From Chiloscyllium plagiosum (lineage: Eukaryota): 34,808 bases of DNA. The notes beneath the pieces are model-generated. The model worked only from the letters and a program-made list of their open reading frames with translations, searched no databases and was not told the DNA's origin. The stretch lies in contig NC_057720.1 in NCBI RefSeq assembly GCF_004010195.1, forward strand, positions 5,603,313 through 5,638,120. The letters are read 5' to 3'. Below, one piece after another: positions 1 to 12,100 of this stretch (its first letter is position 1; the number at the start of each line of letters is the position of its first letter). A program made the position numbers and the translations under genes.

Positions 1-1216
1 ATGAAGTAACAAAGAGGATTGATGAGGGCAGAGCAGTAGATGTGATCTATATGGACAAGGCGTTCGACAAGGTTCCCCATGGGAGACTGATTAGCAAGGT
101 TAGATCTCATGGAATACAGGGAGAACTAGCCATTTGGATACAGAACTGGCTCAAAGGTAGAAGACAGAGGATGGTGATGGATGGTTGTTTTTCAGACTGG
201 AGGCCTGAGACCAGTGGAGTGCCACAAGAATCAGTGCTGAGTCCTTTACTTTTTGTCATTTACATAAATGATTTGGATGCGAGCATAAGAGGTACAGTTA
301 GTAAGTTTGCAAATGACACCAAAATTGGAGGTGTAGTGGACAGCGAAGAGAGTTACCTCAGATTACAACAGGATCTTGACCAGATGGGCCAATGGGCTGA
401 GAAGTGGCAGATGGAGTTTAATTCAGATAAATGTGAGGTGCTGCATTTTGGGAAAGCAAATCTTAGCAGGACTTATACACTTAATGGTAAGGTCTTAAGG
501 AGTGTTGCTGAACAAAGAGACCTTGGAGTGCAGTTTCATAGATCCTTGAAAGTGGAGTCACAGGTAGATAGGATAGTGAAGAAGGCTTTATTGGTAAGAG
601 TATTGAGTACAGGAGTTGGGAGGTCATGTTGCATCTGTAGACGACATTGGTTAGGCCACTTTTGGAATATTGCATGCAATTCTGGTCTCCTTCGTATCAG
701 AAAGATGTTGTGAAACTTTTCGAGTTCAGAAAAGATTTACAAGGATGTTGCCAGGGTTGGAGGATTTGAGCTATAGAGAGAGGCTAAACAGGCTGGGGCT
801 GTTTTCCCTGGAGCGTTGGAGACTGAGGAGTGACCTTATAGAGGTTTACAAAATTATGAGGGGCATGGAAAGGGTAAATACGCAGAGTCTTTTCCCTGGG
901 GTCGAGGAGTCCAGAACTAGAGGGCATAGGTTTAGGGTGAGAGGGGAAAGATATAAAAGAGGCCTAAGGGGCAACTTTTTCATGCAGAGGGTGGTACATG
1001 TATGGAATGAGCTGCCAGAGTAAGTGGTGGAGGCTGGTACAATTGCAACATTTCAGAGGCATTTGAATGGGTATATGAAGGGATATGGGCTGGAGGGATA
1101 TGGGCTGGGTGCTGGCAGGTGGGATTACATTGGTTTGGGATATCTGGTCGGCATGGACAGGTTTGATCGAAGGGTCTGTTTCCGTGCTGTACATCTCTAT
1201 GACTCTATGACTCTAT
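1..1216 (+). mobile_element. CR1-clade LINE (HER1-like), 3' part of ORF2 RT plus 3' UTR, frameshifted
   Basis: ORFs with KAFDKVPH, SGVPQ.SVL.PLLF, SKFANDTKI and RLRSDLIEVYKI motifs. Ends in a (ctatgact)n tail. Continues past the window start. Confidence 0.92.
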
Positions 1217-1645
1217 GAGTTAGAGGGAGAGATAGGACTCGTTACTTTAGAGCGTAGGAGACTGAAGGGGGACCTTATAGAGGTGTATGAGATCATGAGT
1301 GGCATGGATAGAATGAATGCACACAGTCTTTTTCCCAGGTTGGTGAATCGTGGACTAGAGGGCATCCGTTTAAGGTTAGAGGAGAAAGAATAAAAGGGAA
1401 CCTGAGGGGCAACCTTTTTCACAGAAGATGGTATGCATATGGAATGAGCTGCCAGTGGAAGTTGTTGAGGTGCGTACATTAATAACATTTAAAAGGCATT
1501 TGGACAAACACATGGATACGAAAGGTTTAGAAGGATATGGGCCAGGTGCAGGGAGATGGGGTTAGTGTGGATGGACATTTTGGTCAGCATGGACCAGTTT
1601 GGGCCAAAGGGCCTGTCTCTGTGCTGTAAGACCCTATGACTCTAT
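1217..1645 (+). mobile_element. 5'-truncated CR1 LINE 3' end, directly abutting the previous copy
   Basis: GDLIEVY...WNELP-coding segment and ctatgactctat tail. Confidence 0.85.
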
Positions 1646-1823
1646 AAATCTATGTTAAGTTGATAGAAATGTAGAAAATAGGAACAAGAGTAGGCCATTC
1701 AGTCCTTCAAGCCTACTGCACTGTACAATACAATCATGGCTGATCACCCAACTCAGTCCCCTGCTCCTGCTTGCTCTGCATACCCTTTGATCCCTTTAGC
1801 CTAAGAAAGATATCTATATCCTC

Positions 1824-2142
1824 AGAATCATGGAATCATAAAATCCCTACTGAGTGGAAACAGGCCATTTGGCCCAACAAGTCCACACTAACCTTCTGAA
1901 GATTAATCCACCCAGACCCATTCCCCTACCCTGTTAACCCCTGACCCTACATATCCCTGGACACTATGGGCAATTTAGCGTGGCCAATTCACCAAACCTG
2001 CACATCCTTGGACCGTGGGAGGAAACCGGAGCACTTGGAGAAAACTCACACAGATACGGGGAGAATATGCAAGCTGCACACAGACAGTCGCCCGAGGCTG
2101 GAATCAAACCTGGGTCCCCAGTGCTGTGAGGCAGCAGTGCTG
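1824..2142 (-). mobile_element. HE1-like V-SINE (tRNA-derived head slightly truncated)
   Basis: Reverse strand reads agcactgctgcctcacagc...gggtttgattcc (B box), then gactgtctgtgtg...ggtttcctccc (V-domain-like) and a LINE-like tail. Similar to three other copies in the window. Confidence 0.85.
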
Positions 2143-2145
2143 TAA

Positions 2146-3122
2146 TAGAGTCATGCAGCATGGAAGCAGACCGTTCAGCCCAACCCATCCATGCTGACCA
2201 AATTTCCTAAACTGAACTAATTCCATTTGCTTGCATTTGATCCATATCACTATAAAGCTTTCCTATTCATGTACCTGTCTAAATGCCTTTTAAATGTTGT
2301 AATTATACCAGCCTCCACCATTTCTTCTGGCAGCTCATTCATACACACACCATCCTCGATGTGAAAGCATTGCTTTGCAAGTCCCTTTTAAATCTTTCCC
2401 TTCTCACCTTAAACCTATGCCCTCTCGTTTTGAACTCCCCTACACTGGGGAAAAGATCTTGGCCACTCACCTTATCTATACCCATCATGATTTTATAAAC
2501 TTCTTCAAAGTCATTTCTTACCCTCCTCCGCTCAAGAGAATAAGGTCCCAGCCTATGCAGCCTTTCCTTGTAACTCAAGCCCTCCAGTCTTGGTAACATC
2601 CTGGTAAATGTTTTTTGCACCCTTTCCAGTTTAGTAACAGCCTTGCTAGACCAGAATTGTGCGCAGTACTTCAAATGCGGCCTTACTATTGTCTTATACA
2701 GCCACAACATGACATCCCAACTTCCTGTTCAGTGAATTCTGATGAAGGGTCACTGGACACAAAACATTAACTTTGATTTCTCTTCACAGATGCTGTCAGA
2801 CCTGCTGAGCTTTTCCAGCAACTTCTGTTTTTACAGCATCTGCAGTTCCTTTGGTTTTTATCTGTATTCAGTGCTCTGACCAACGAAGACAAGGTGCCAA
2901 CTGCCTTCTTCACCACCCTGTCTACCTGCAACAGCACTTTCAAACAGCTATGTACCTGCACCCCTAAGTCTCTCTGTTCAGCAGCACTTTCCTGGGCACT
3001 GCCAATAACTGTATAACTCCTGCCCTGATTTGTGTTACCAAAATGCAACACCTCGCATGTATCTAAATTAAACTCTACCTGCCACTCCTCAGCCCGCTGG
3101 CCCACCTGATCAAGATTCCCTA
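2146..3122 (-). mobile_element. 5'-truncated CR1 LINE interrupted by a PLE fragment
   Basis: ORFs 2767-3300 and 2339-2710 contain WQVEFNLDTCEVLHFG, RDLGVQVH and VRPHLKYCAQFWS. Confidence 0.88.
2735..2861 (+). mobile_element. Short PLE terminal-repeat fragment with decayed hammerhead motif
   Basis: ctgatgaagggtcactggacacaaaac...cagatgctgtcagacctgctgag...cagcatctgcag. Flanked by an imperfect duplication, ctgttcagtg / ctgtattcagtg. Confidence 0.7.
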
Positions 3123-3744
3123 TAAAGATCCTCTTTAAAACATTCAATAATTTGGCCTCAAATCTGCTTGTGACAAAGAACTCCACAGGCTCCCCACTTT
3201 CAGGGTGAAGACATCTCTCCTCACTTCTCCTCATGGCAGTCTGAATTGGCCTCCCCTTTATCCTTCGACTCTGACCCCTCGTTCTAGACTTGCTGGTCAT
3301 TGGGAGTATCCTTCCTGTGTTTACCTTGTCTAGTCCTGTTTGATTGTTCTAGGGGATCCAGTGAAATCCCCCTCACTCTCATGCACTTGTTTGTGTGGAA
3401 AATCTTGCCTCATAAAAGTTGTAGCTGAATCGTCTACAGACTCCACTTGATTAAAGTGTGTAAGCTTCTGAACAGTCTTGACCAGGTGGATGTAGGATGG
3501 ATGTTTCCTCTTGTGAGTAAGTAAGACAAGTTTTATAAATCAGGACGGTGATCTTCTTGAATATTGCAGCAAGTCTGAGGGGCTAAATGGTCTAATTGTG
3601 CTCCTGTGTCCTATGTTGTTGTAATGTCGCTATGATAAGTTACCTATAAACTACTGTCGACATATTGAGGTTAGTAATACAGACTGTTGAGGGTAGCAGA
3701 CAGGAAAACAAAATCATCTGATCCATTCAATTAACTGCATGCAA

Positions 3745-4105
3745 CAACAATGATGTGCATTGCTTTAAACACTTGATTTGCTAAAGCACGCCAAAGTACA
3801 ATACAGGTGTGATTATCAAATCAAAGTTGTCCCAAGTTCCTATGTTAAGGGATATTAGGTTACGTGACCCAAAGCTGAGAGAAAATCCTGGGTCTTAAGG
3901 AGGAGTGAGGTGAATGGGTTCAGAGAGGGAATTCCAGGGCTCAGGGCCAAACTGCTGAAGACAAGGCTCTCAGAGGTTGAGTGATGAAAGATGGTGCCGT
4001 GAGAGAGTGCAGCTTTGGAGGAGTGTACAGATCTCAGAGAAGCTACTGGAGGGGTGTACAGAGATTGGGAAGGATGGGGAGAGATTTGGTCAGCTAGATG
4101 GGAAT
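3745..4105 (-). mobile_element. Old L2-like LINE 3' end
   Basis: Recognised decayed motif gtcttaaggagg...gagggaattccagggctcagggcc...ctgaag. Highly diverged. Confidence 0.45.
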
Positions 4106-4109
4106 TTAG

Positions 4110-4648
4110 AATGTATTGTGTTAGAGCCTCTTCTGGCATATTGTGTCCAGTTCTGGTCTCCCTGTTATAGAAAGGATTTTATTAACTTGGAGAGGGTTCA
4201 GAAGAGATTCACCAGGGCGTTGCCAAGAATGGAGGGTTTGAGTTATAGGGAAATGCTGAATAGGCTGGGAGTTTTTTCCCTGGAATGTAGGATGGGTGGT
4301 CTTAAAGAGCTTTATAAAATCATGAGGGGCATAGATGAGGGTGAATGACAAGGATGTTTTCCCCAGCATAGGAGGGATTTCAAGACCAGCGGTCATATTT
4401 TTAAGGTGGCAGGGGCAGGATTTTTACAGAGAGTGGTTCATGTGGAGAATAAATTTCCAGAGGAAATGGTGGATGCGGGTACAGTTACAACATTTAAAGA
4501 ATATTTAGATAAGTACATGAATAAGAAAGGTTTGGGGGAATATGGGCCAAGTGCAGGCAGGTGGGACTAGTCTAGTTTGGGATTATGGTCGGCATGGACT
4601 GGTTGGACCGAAGGGTCAGTTTCCGTGCTGTACAATTCTATGACTCTA
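4110..4648 (+). mobile_element. 5'-truncated CR1 LINE
   Basis: PLLAYCVQFWSPCYRKD...LERVQKRFTR coding. Tail ctatgactcta ends about 130 bp upstream of exon A. Confidence 0.88.
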
Positions 4649-4781
4649 GGTTTGAGCGACAGTGTGGTCAGTGAGCTCTGGGACAGAGGGTGAATGGGGG
4701 ATAAACTGCTCCTCACATTGCCCGAATTGTGAAGGTTACTGACTGACAGGAACAAGGTGGTTTCCCGTTCTGTTTTTGCAG

Positions 4782-4903
4782 TGCGCCTGGCGATATTGGA
4801 AGCAGGGTTTTCCCGAGCCCGGGAGGAAGATGACACTGCCAACTTGATCTGGAATGATGCCGCTGTGCAGCAGGAGAGGATTGCGGATCTGAGAAACTAT
4901 CAG
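4782..4903 (+). CDS. TTLL7: Tubulin polyglutamylase TTLL7, internal coding exon A (122 bp)
   Basis: Acceptor tgtttttgcAG| and donor CAG|GTatat. Translates (V)RLAILEAGFSRAREEDDTANLIWNDAAVQQERIADLRNYQ, matching recalled vertebrate TTLL7 (VRLVIDEMGF...NLIWCDSAVQQEKISELQNYQ). Phase 1 start, phase 0 end. Confidence 0.93.
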
Positions 4904-5866
4904 GTATATCAGTGTGGCTTTAAACAGCCACCTTCGTCGCTCAGCTGTGAGCTCACTTTGCCTTTTTGATAATGGCGACTGTGTAATCCTGAATCAGGCA
5001 TGACCCATTCTGCCCTTCGAACCTGCTGTCCCATTCAATGATCTGATTACTCCACAATCACAACTACCCACTTCTTATACCCCCCCCACCCCCTTTCCCT
5101 TGCTTATCAACAATCTACCAACCTCTGCCTTAGAATATTGAAAGTCTCATACTTTTCAGGACTAGACTGCCAACCTTATGTGAGAAAAGAATTCTCTTCA
5201 TTGCTATTTTAAATGGGTGACGTCTGTGGAGAGTGGATTGATGAGGTGTGTGCATGAACTGGGGTGATGAAGGGAGAAGAGAGTGGAGTGGCTCCCAAGT
5301 TGTGGTTGCAGTAACTTAAAGTCATTGGGTAGGGGAATGGGTCTGGGTGTGTTACCCTTTGGAGGGTCGGTGTGGACTTGTTGGGCCAAATGGCCTGTTT
5401 CCACGATGTAGGGTTTCTATCCTCTCTGTGTCAGAGACCTTGCTGTGGAATGTACAGCCAAGACTTGACCCCCATCATCACGCTCCCCTTTTTGCCTGAC
5501 AGGGTGTAGCAGCAGATTGTTGGCAGAGAAAGGGCTGAGATGTGGGATTTGGGTTTGTTGTTTGGGATTCTCTGTGCTGTGAATCTGCTGGCTGTGGACT
5601 TTGAGCTCAGACAGTTGTACTTCTTCCCCACACCACCAGGGGGTAGCACCGCCTTGCTGTCTTGTAACTCATGAATTACATCCAGTCCACACTTAAAATG
5701 TACCTGTTCAAATCTTATGTATTCCATAAAGAGAGAACTTTGAATACTTCCTTTGCCCCATTGTACATTGTGCCGTGTCTGTCTGCTGCTTTACTGTGTT
5801 ACACTTACAGATACTGTACCTTATTTTTGTTAACTTGATTAGGGCTTTGGAAATTGTTTTCTGTCA

Positions 5867-6156
5867 ATTAGATTAGATTAGATTCCGTACAGTGTGGAAA
5901 CAAGCCCTTCGGCCCAACAAGTCCACACTGACCCTCCGAAGAGTAACTCACCCCCTCTGACTAATGCACCTAACACTATGGACAATTTAGGATGGCCAAT
6001 TCACCTGGCCTGCACATCTTTGGACTGTGGGAGGAAATGGGAGCATCCGGAGGAAACCCACACAGACACGGGGAGAATGTGCAAACTCCACACAGACAGT
6101 CACCTGAGGTTGGAATCGAACCTGGGACCCTGGTGCTGTGAGCCACCATGTCGCCC
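5867..6156 (-). mobile_element. HE1-like V-SINE with internal deletions
   Basis: Reverse strand: ggttcgattcc B box, gactgtctgtgtggagtttgcacattctccccgtgtctg central domain and (aatct)n tail. Confidence 0.85.
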
Positions 6157-6184
6157 ACTAATTGTCTTTAAATGAGCTGCCCTT

Positions 6185-6843
6185 GATCACAGGAAGTGGG
6201 AGAAGTAGGCCATTCAGCCCATCGAGCTTGCTTTGCTGTTCAACTTGATGATAGCTGATCTACTGCCTCAATGTCATCATCCCATACAATCTCTGTGTCC
6301 CTTAAAGTCTTCACATATCTATTGATTGCTGTCTTGAACCTGTTTATTGATTGACATGATGTGGAGGACTTGAGGTTGAACTGAGGTGGGAGTACTCCAT
6401 AACCACCTGATGAAGATGCAGTGCTCCTAAAGCTAGTGCTTCCAAATAAATGTTTTAGTGATTTTTAATTTTATTGATTGAGTTTCCTCAGCCCTTTGAG
6501 TTAGAGAGTTACAAGATTTGTCACCCTCTGAGCGAAGATAGTCCTCCTCACCACATTCTTACCCAGCTTTTCCCTGATCCTGAGGTTATGTCCGCTGGTT
6601 TTAGACTAAAGTAACTTCATTTCTCCATTCCCCTGTCAGGCTGTGTAAGAAATTTTTAATTTCGCTAAGATAACCCCTCATTCTTCAAAACTGTACAGAA
6701 AACAGATGTAATCTGCTGAATCCTTCTTTATAAAACAATATTGGCATCTCAGGGATTATCTGGTGACCCTCCCCTTCTCTCTGTGTCTCTGGCAAATGTA
6801 TCGTTCCTAAATAAAAAGGACAAAACTGTACTCAATGCTCCAG
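6185..6843 (-). mobile_element. Old CR1 3' fragment containing a nested PLE insert
   Basis: gtaggccattcagccc tail motif, collinear with the copies at 11150 and 17955. Confidence 0.6.
6355..6469 (+). mobile_element. Short insert of a second PLE family with decayed hammerhead motif and 12-bp TSD
   Basis: cctgatgaagatgcagtgctcctaaagcta resembles CTGATGA-stem-GAAAGCTA. tttattgattga is duplicated at 6343-6354 and 6470-6481. Confidence 0.65.
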
Positions 6844-6997
6844 CAATAAAAACTGAAATTGCTGGAGAAACTGAGCAGGATCTGTATAAGAAGAGAAACA
6901 GTTTTGGGGAATGCAGGGGTTAAACCTTTCTTACACAGCCTGACAGAGGAATGGAGAGAAACAGTTTGATATGATGATTCTTCATTGCTGAAGCAGT

Positions 6998-9100
6998 TAG
7001 GAACAGGAGTAGGCCATTCAGCCCCTCAAGCCTGTTCCACCATTCAATGAGATCATGCCTGGTCTGTGGCCTAAATCCATTTACTTACCTTTGGCCCATA
7101 TCCCTTAATATTTCTTTGCTTAACAAAAAGATTATCTATCTCAGATTTAAACTTGACAACTGATCCAGCATCCAGTACCATTTGTGGGAGAGAGTTCCAA
7201 ACCTCTCCTACCCTTTGTGTATCGAAGAGCTTCCTAACATTTCTCCCCAACAGGCTGGTTCTCATTCACCATGCCCCCTAGATAGAACCTTGGAATTTTA
7301 TGGTGTGGGATGAGGCCATTTGACCCATCATATCTCTACTGCCTCCTGAAACAGCTACCAGCCAGTCCTATTCTCTAGCCCTATTTCCATAGCCTTCTCA
7401 ATTCATCACTTTCAGATATCTATCCAGCTCTCATTTGAAACCTCCTATCGAATCCGTCTCTATCACTCTCCCAGGCAGTGCGTTCCAAATCCTAACAACT
7501 TGAGTAAAGAAGTTTCTCTTTATCTCACTCCTAGCTCTCTTTCTGAAAATCTTGAAATTGTGACCCCGAGTTACTGACATGCTAACTATCCTTCTTTACC
7601 CTGTCAAAATTGTTCATAATTTTGAATACCCCAATTAGGTCACCTCTGACCTGCTCCAAGCTGAATAAGCTCCATTTCTCTAATCTGTCCTTGTATCCAA
7701 AATCTCTCGTTCCTGGGATCATTAGAGTAAAACTCCTTTGATCCCTTTCCAGGGCTTTAACATCCTTCTTTAATAAGGTGCTCAGAACTGAACACAATCC
7801 TCCAAATGTTGTCTGACCAATGATTTGTAGAGGTGTAGCATCACTTCCTTGCTTTTATACTCTATGCCTCTGTTTATAAACCCAAGGATCCTATAAACCT
7901 TCTCAACAACGGTTCCAACTTCAGAGAATTATATACGTGAACCCCAAGGTCCCTATTCTCCCTTCAGAGTTGCACCATTGAGCCTGTATTGTCTCTCTAT
8001 GTTTTTTCAACCAAAATGCATTGCCACACAGTTTTCTATATTAAAATTTATCTGCCAGGTGTTTGCCATTTGGCCAATGTGTCAATGTTCCTCTAAAGTC
8101 ACTCAGTGTCATCCTGACAATTCACTATTCTCCCTGGTTCAGTATCATCTGCAAATTCAGAGATTTTGCCCTCAATACCCATCTCCAAATTATTTACGTA
8201 AATCAGAAAAACGACAGTACCAACACTGATATCTGGGGAACACCACTTTCAACTCATTTCCAATCTGAGAAATGCCCATCTATACCTACCCTCTGTCTCC
8301 TATCCTTTAGCCAACTTTTAATCAATGCTTCTAGGGACCCATCAATCCCAAACATTTCTAACTTGCTAACCAATCTGCCATGTGGCATTGTATCAAATGA
8401 TCTTGCTCTTGTCTTGTACTCTATGCCTCTATTAATAAAACCCAGGTTAAGTTATGTTTTAACAATTGCTCTCTCCATCAGCCCTGCTATCTTCAATGAT
8501 ATATGCACAGATACACCACATCCCTCTGCTCCTGCAACCCCTTTAGAATTAGAGTCATAGAGTCACACAGAATGGAAACAGACCCTTTGGTCCAACTCAT
8601 CCACTCTGACCAAGTTTCCCAAACTAAACAAGTTCCACTAGCCTGCATTTGGCCCATAAATCTCTGAACTGTTCCTATTCATATATCTGTCCAAATATCT
8701 TTTAAATGTTATAACTGTATCACCTCCTCTGGCAGTTCACCCTCAGGTCCTGTTTAAATCTTTCTTCTCTAACCATAAAAATATGCCCTCTGGTTTTGAA
8801 CTGCCCTACTCTGGGGAAAAGACCTTTGCTAATTGCCTTATGTATGTCCCTCATGATCCAAAAACCTCTATAAGGTCACCCCTCAACCTCCTACGCTCCA
8901 GTGAAAAATGTCCCAGTCTATCCTTATAACTCAAACCGTCCAGTCCTGGCAACATCCTGGTAAATCTTTTTTGAACCCTCTCTAGTTTAATAATATCCTT
9001 CCTGTAGCAGAGCGACCAGAATTGTACACAGTGTACCAGAAGTGGCCTCACCAATGTCCTCTAAAACCTCAACATGACGTTCCAACTACTGCACTCAAAA
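6998..9100 (-). mobile_element. Cluster of CR1 fragments (about 6998-7280, 7285-8550, 8550-9100)
   Basis: Reverse-strand ORFs with FTQRV.EVWNSLP, RGDLIGVFKIM and VRPLLVHCVQFWS. Several tails present. 6998-7280 closely resembles 17955-18230. Confidence 0.8.
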
Positions 9101-9353
9101 GTCAGATTGTGTTTTTACAACAATCGACAATGGTTACGTAGTTACTATTTGGCTATTTTATTTGAGATTTGTCGTGGGTGAATTCACATTTCACCATCTA
9201 TCCAAGTGAACTTCATGTGCCCACATCATTAAGCTGGGATTCAGAACTACTAGCCTAGTGACATTATCACTATATCTCTGCCTCCTCCAGCTCAATTTCT
9301 GACACTGTGACTGTTTACAGATGCTGTATGCAAACTTTTTTTTGTCTTTTCAG

Positions 9354-9421
9354 AGGATCAACCATTTTCCTGGAATGGGAGAGATTTGCCGTAAGGACTG
9401 TCTGGCAAGAAACATGGCCAA
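9354..9421 (+). CDS. TTLL7: TTLL7 internal coding exon B (68 bp; not in the ORF track)
   Basis: Strong pyrimidine tract ttttttttgtcttttcAG| and donor AA|GTAAGT. Translates RINHFPGMGEICRKDCLARNMA(K), the TTLL INHFPG..RKD.L motif. In frame with exons A and C. Confidence 0.95.
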
Positions 9422-9522
9422 GTAAGTGACCCAGGCTGGCCAGATTTCTGTCTCCTTTAGAATTGGAATCGGAGTCTCAAGGTGGCATTTATTAGGGAGT
9501 GAGCATGTTTGAGAATGAGCAA

Positions 9523-9624
9523 GGTGTGTGTGTATACGTGTATGTGTGTGTGTGCGCGCGCGCGTGTATGAGCGGTGTTTGTGTGTACGTGTGTGTGCGC
9601 GGGCGGGTGTGCGTGTGTGTATGT
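9523..9624. repeat. Imperfect (GT/GC)n alternating purine-pyrimidine microsatellite
   Basis: gtgtgtgtgtatacgtgtatgtgtgtgtgtgcgcgcgcgcgtgt..., about 100 bp downstream of exon B. Confidence 0.9.
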
Positions 9625-9763
9625 GGACCAACCTCCCCACCATTTGACACCTTCACAGCAAGTGGCAATGTTCAGAGGAGAGTTTACCAGCTCAGTGTGA
9701 AGAGGATGTGTCAGTCCAGACTGTGTGACACAGCGGCAAGGGGGAAGTAACTGGGCTCCAGGT

Positions 9764-9973
9764 GACACTCACATGTCACAGGTAAGATGACTGGGCCAGT
9801 GGCTGGGGATAGCAAGGTGTCACTATGAGTTAGGCATAGTTAGTCGATGGGCCGAATGGCCTTACTTCCACTCCTATGTCTTATGTCTTATGGACACTCA
9901 CATGTCACAGGTAAGATGACTGGGCCAGTGGCTGGGGATAGCAAGGTGTCACTATGAGTTAGGCATAGTTAGT
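9764..9973 (+). repeat. Perfect 81-bp direct repeat (9764-9844, 9893-9973) around a 48-bp LINE-type tail
   Basis: The copies gacactcacatg...aggcatagttagt are identical by eye. The spacer is cgatgggccgaatggccttacttccactcctatgtcttatgtcttatg. Confidence 0.92.
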
Positions 9974-10872
9974 AAGTTTGCAGATGAAACCAAGATTGGT
10001 GGCATAGTAGACAGTGGAGAAGGTTTTCTAAGATTACAAAGGGATCTTGATCAAATGGGTCAATCGGCTGATAAATAGCAGATGGGGTTCAATCTGGATA
10101 AGTGCAAGGTATTATATTTTGGTAAAACAAACAAGGGTAGGGCTTATACAATTAATGGTAGATCTTTGGGTAGTGTTGTAGAACATAGGGACCTAGGGGT
10201 GCAGGTCCTTGAAGATTGAGTGACCTATAGACAGGGTGATTAAAAAGGCATTTGGCACGCTTACCCTGATTGCTCAGTCCTTTGAGTATAGGAGAGGGGA
10301 CGTCATGTTGAGCTTGTACAGAACATTGGTGAGGCATCTTCTGGAATATTGTGTCCAGTTCTGGTCACCCTGTTAAGGAAGGGTATTAAGCTGGAGAGGG
10401 TTCAGAAGAGATTTACCAGGAATTTGCTGGGTATGGAAGGTTTCAGTTATAAAGGAAGACTGGATAGGCAGGGAGATTTTTCACTGGAGCATAGGAGGTT
10501 GAGAGGTGACCTTTTAGAAGTTTATAAAATAATGGTAGGTATAGATAGAGTTATTGGTAGTTATCTTTCCCAAGGATGGAGCATTTCAAAACTAGGGGGC
10601 ATGTTTGTAAGGTGAGAGGAGAGAGATTTAAAAAAGACATATGGGGCAAATTTTTTACACAAGGTGTCGTTCACATGTGGAATGAACTTCCTGAGGAAGT
10701 GGTGGATGTGGATACAATTATAATATTTAAAAGACATTTGGATAAGTACATGAATAAGAACAGTTTGGAGGGAAATTGGCCAGGGGCAGGTGGAATTAGT
10801 TTAGTTTTGGATTATGTTCAGCATGGGCTGGTTGGACCGAAGGGTCTGTTTCTGTGTAATATGACTGTATGA
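9961..10872 (+). mobile_element. 5'-truncated CR1 LINE
   Basis: Starts at GIVSKFADETKIGG coding, has RLRGDLLEVYKIM, and ends in an atgact tail. A PLE terminal fragment follows at about 10871-10950. Confidence 0.88.
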
Positions 10873-11149
10873 CTTGAAATGTTAATCCTGTTTCTCTCTC
10901 CACAGATGCTGCCAGACCTGCTGAGTTTCTCCCGTACTCTCTGTTTCTATAATGTTAAAAACCTATCAAGTAAAATCATAGAATTTTACAGTACAGAAGG
11001 AGGCCATTCGACCCATCATGTCTGTACTAGCTCCTGAAAGAAATTGTACCTTTAAAATTTTCAGTTGACCTTCAGCCGCAGGAGCCTTTAGGGGAGTGAG
11101 TTCAAGGTTCCCAGGTAACTTTATTAGAGACAGTCCTTCATGGAAATAA

Positions 11150-12100
11150 ATAAACATAGAAAATAGGAGCAGGTGTAGGCCATTCCGCCCTTTGAGCCTG
11201 CTCTGCCATTCAATACAATCATGGCCGATCATCCAACATAGTCCCCTGTTCCTGCTTTCTCTCCATACTCTTTGATCACTGTTGCTGTAAAAGCTGTCTC
11301 CATCTCCTTCCCAACAACAGTCAATATTTTGGCCTCAACCACCTCCTGTGACAGAGAAGTCTACAGGCTCCCTGCTCTCTGGGTGAAGAAGTCGCTCCTC
11401 CTCTCAGTCTGAAATGGTTTACCTATATCTTTCAACTGTGACTCCTGTTTCTGGACTCCCTGTTCATTGGGAAAATCCTTCCTGTCAAGCCGTAGAATTT
11501 TATAGTTTTCTATGAGGTTTCCCCCTCATACTTATAAATTTCAGGGAATATAGCCCTAACTGATCCACTCTCTCTCCATACGTAAGTCCTACCACCCTAG
11601 GAATCAGTCTGGTAAACCTTTGGTGCACTCCCTCCATTGCCAGAACATCTTTCCTCAGATAAGGAGACTAAAACTCCGACACAGTACTCCAGGTGTGGTC
11701 TCACCAATGCCCTGTACAACTGCAGCAAGACATCCGCGCTCCTGTATTAGAAACCTGCCAATGTGAAGGCCAGCATACCATTTCCTTTCTTCACTGCCTG
11801 CTGCACTGCATGCTTACTTTCAGTGACTGGTGTACAAGGACACCCAGGTCACATTGCACCTCCCACTTGCCAAATCTATTGCAATTCGAAGAATAATCCA
11901 CCTTCCTGTTTTTGCTATCAACGTGGATAACCTCACATTGATCCACATTGTGCAGAATCTGCCATGCATTTTCCTATTCACTCAGTTTGTCCAAATCACA
12001 CTGAATCATCACTGAATCCTTCTCACATCTCACTCTCCCACCCTCTGTGTCATCTGCAAATTTGGAGATAGTGCATTTAGTTCCCTCATCTAAATCATTC
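11150..12100 (-). mobile_element. CR1 LINE fragment
   Basis: acatagaaaataggagcaggtgtaggccattc tail. Reaches the FADDT-coding reverse complement (gtgtcatctgcaaa) near 12050. Confidence 0.8.

Larger units (their letters stand above)
1660..3385 (-). mobile_element. Older CR1 3' end split into about 1660-1823 and 3128-3385 by a nested SINE+CR1 block
   Basis: The halves join collinearly when compared with similar copies at 11150-11550 and 13460-13685. atcctc is duplicated at 1818-1823 and 3128-3133. Confidence 0.65.

Noticed and set aside
42..1218. RT-like ORFs as a functional gene or a prokaryotic retron/defence RT
   Set aside because: Frameshifted CR1 ORF2 fragments with a damaged catalytic motif (FAND) and many dispersed copies. 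The context is a vertebrate intron.
9350..9768. His/Thr- and Val/Cys-rich ORFs
   Set aside because: Translations of the GT microsatellite.
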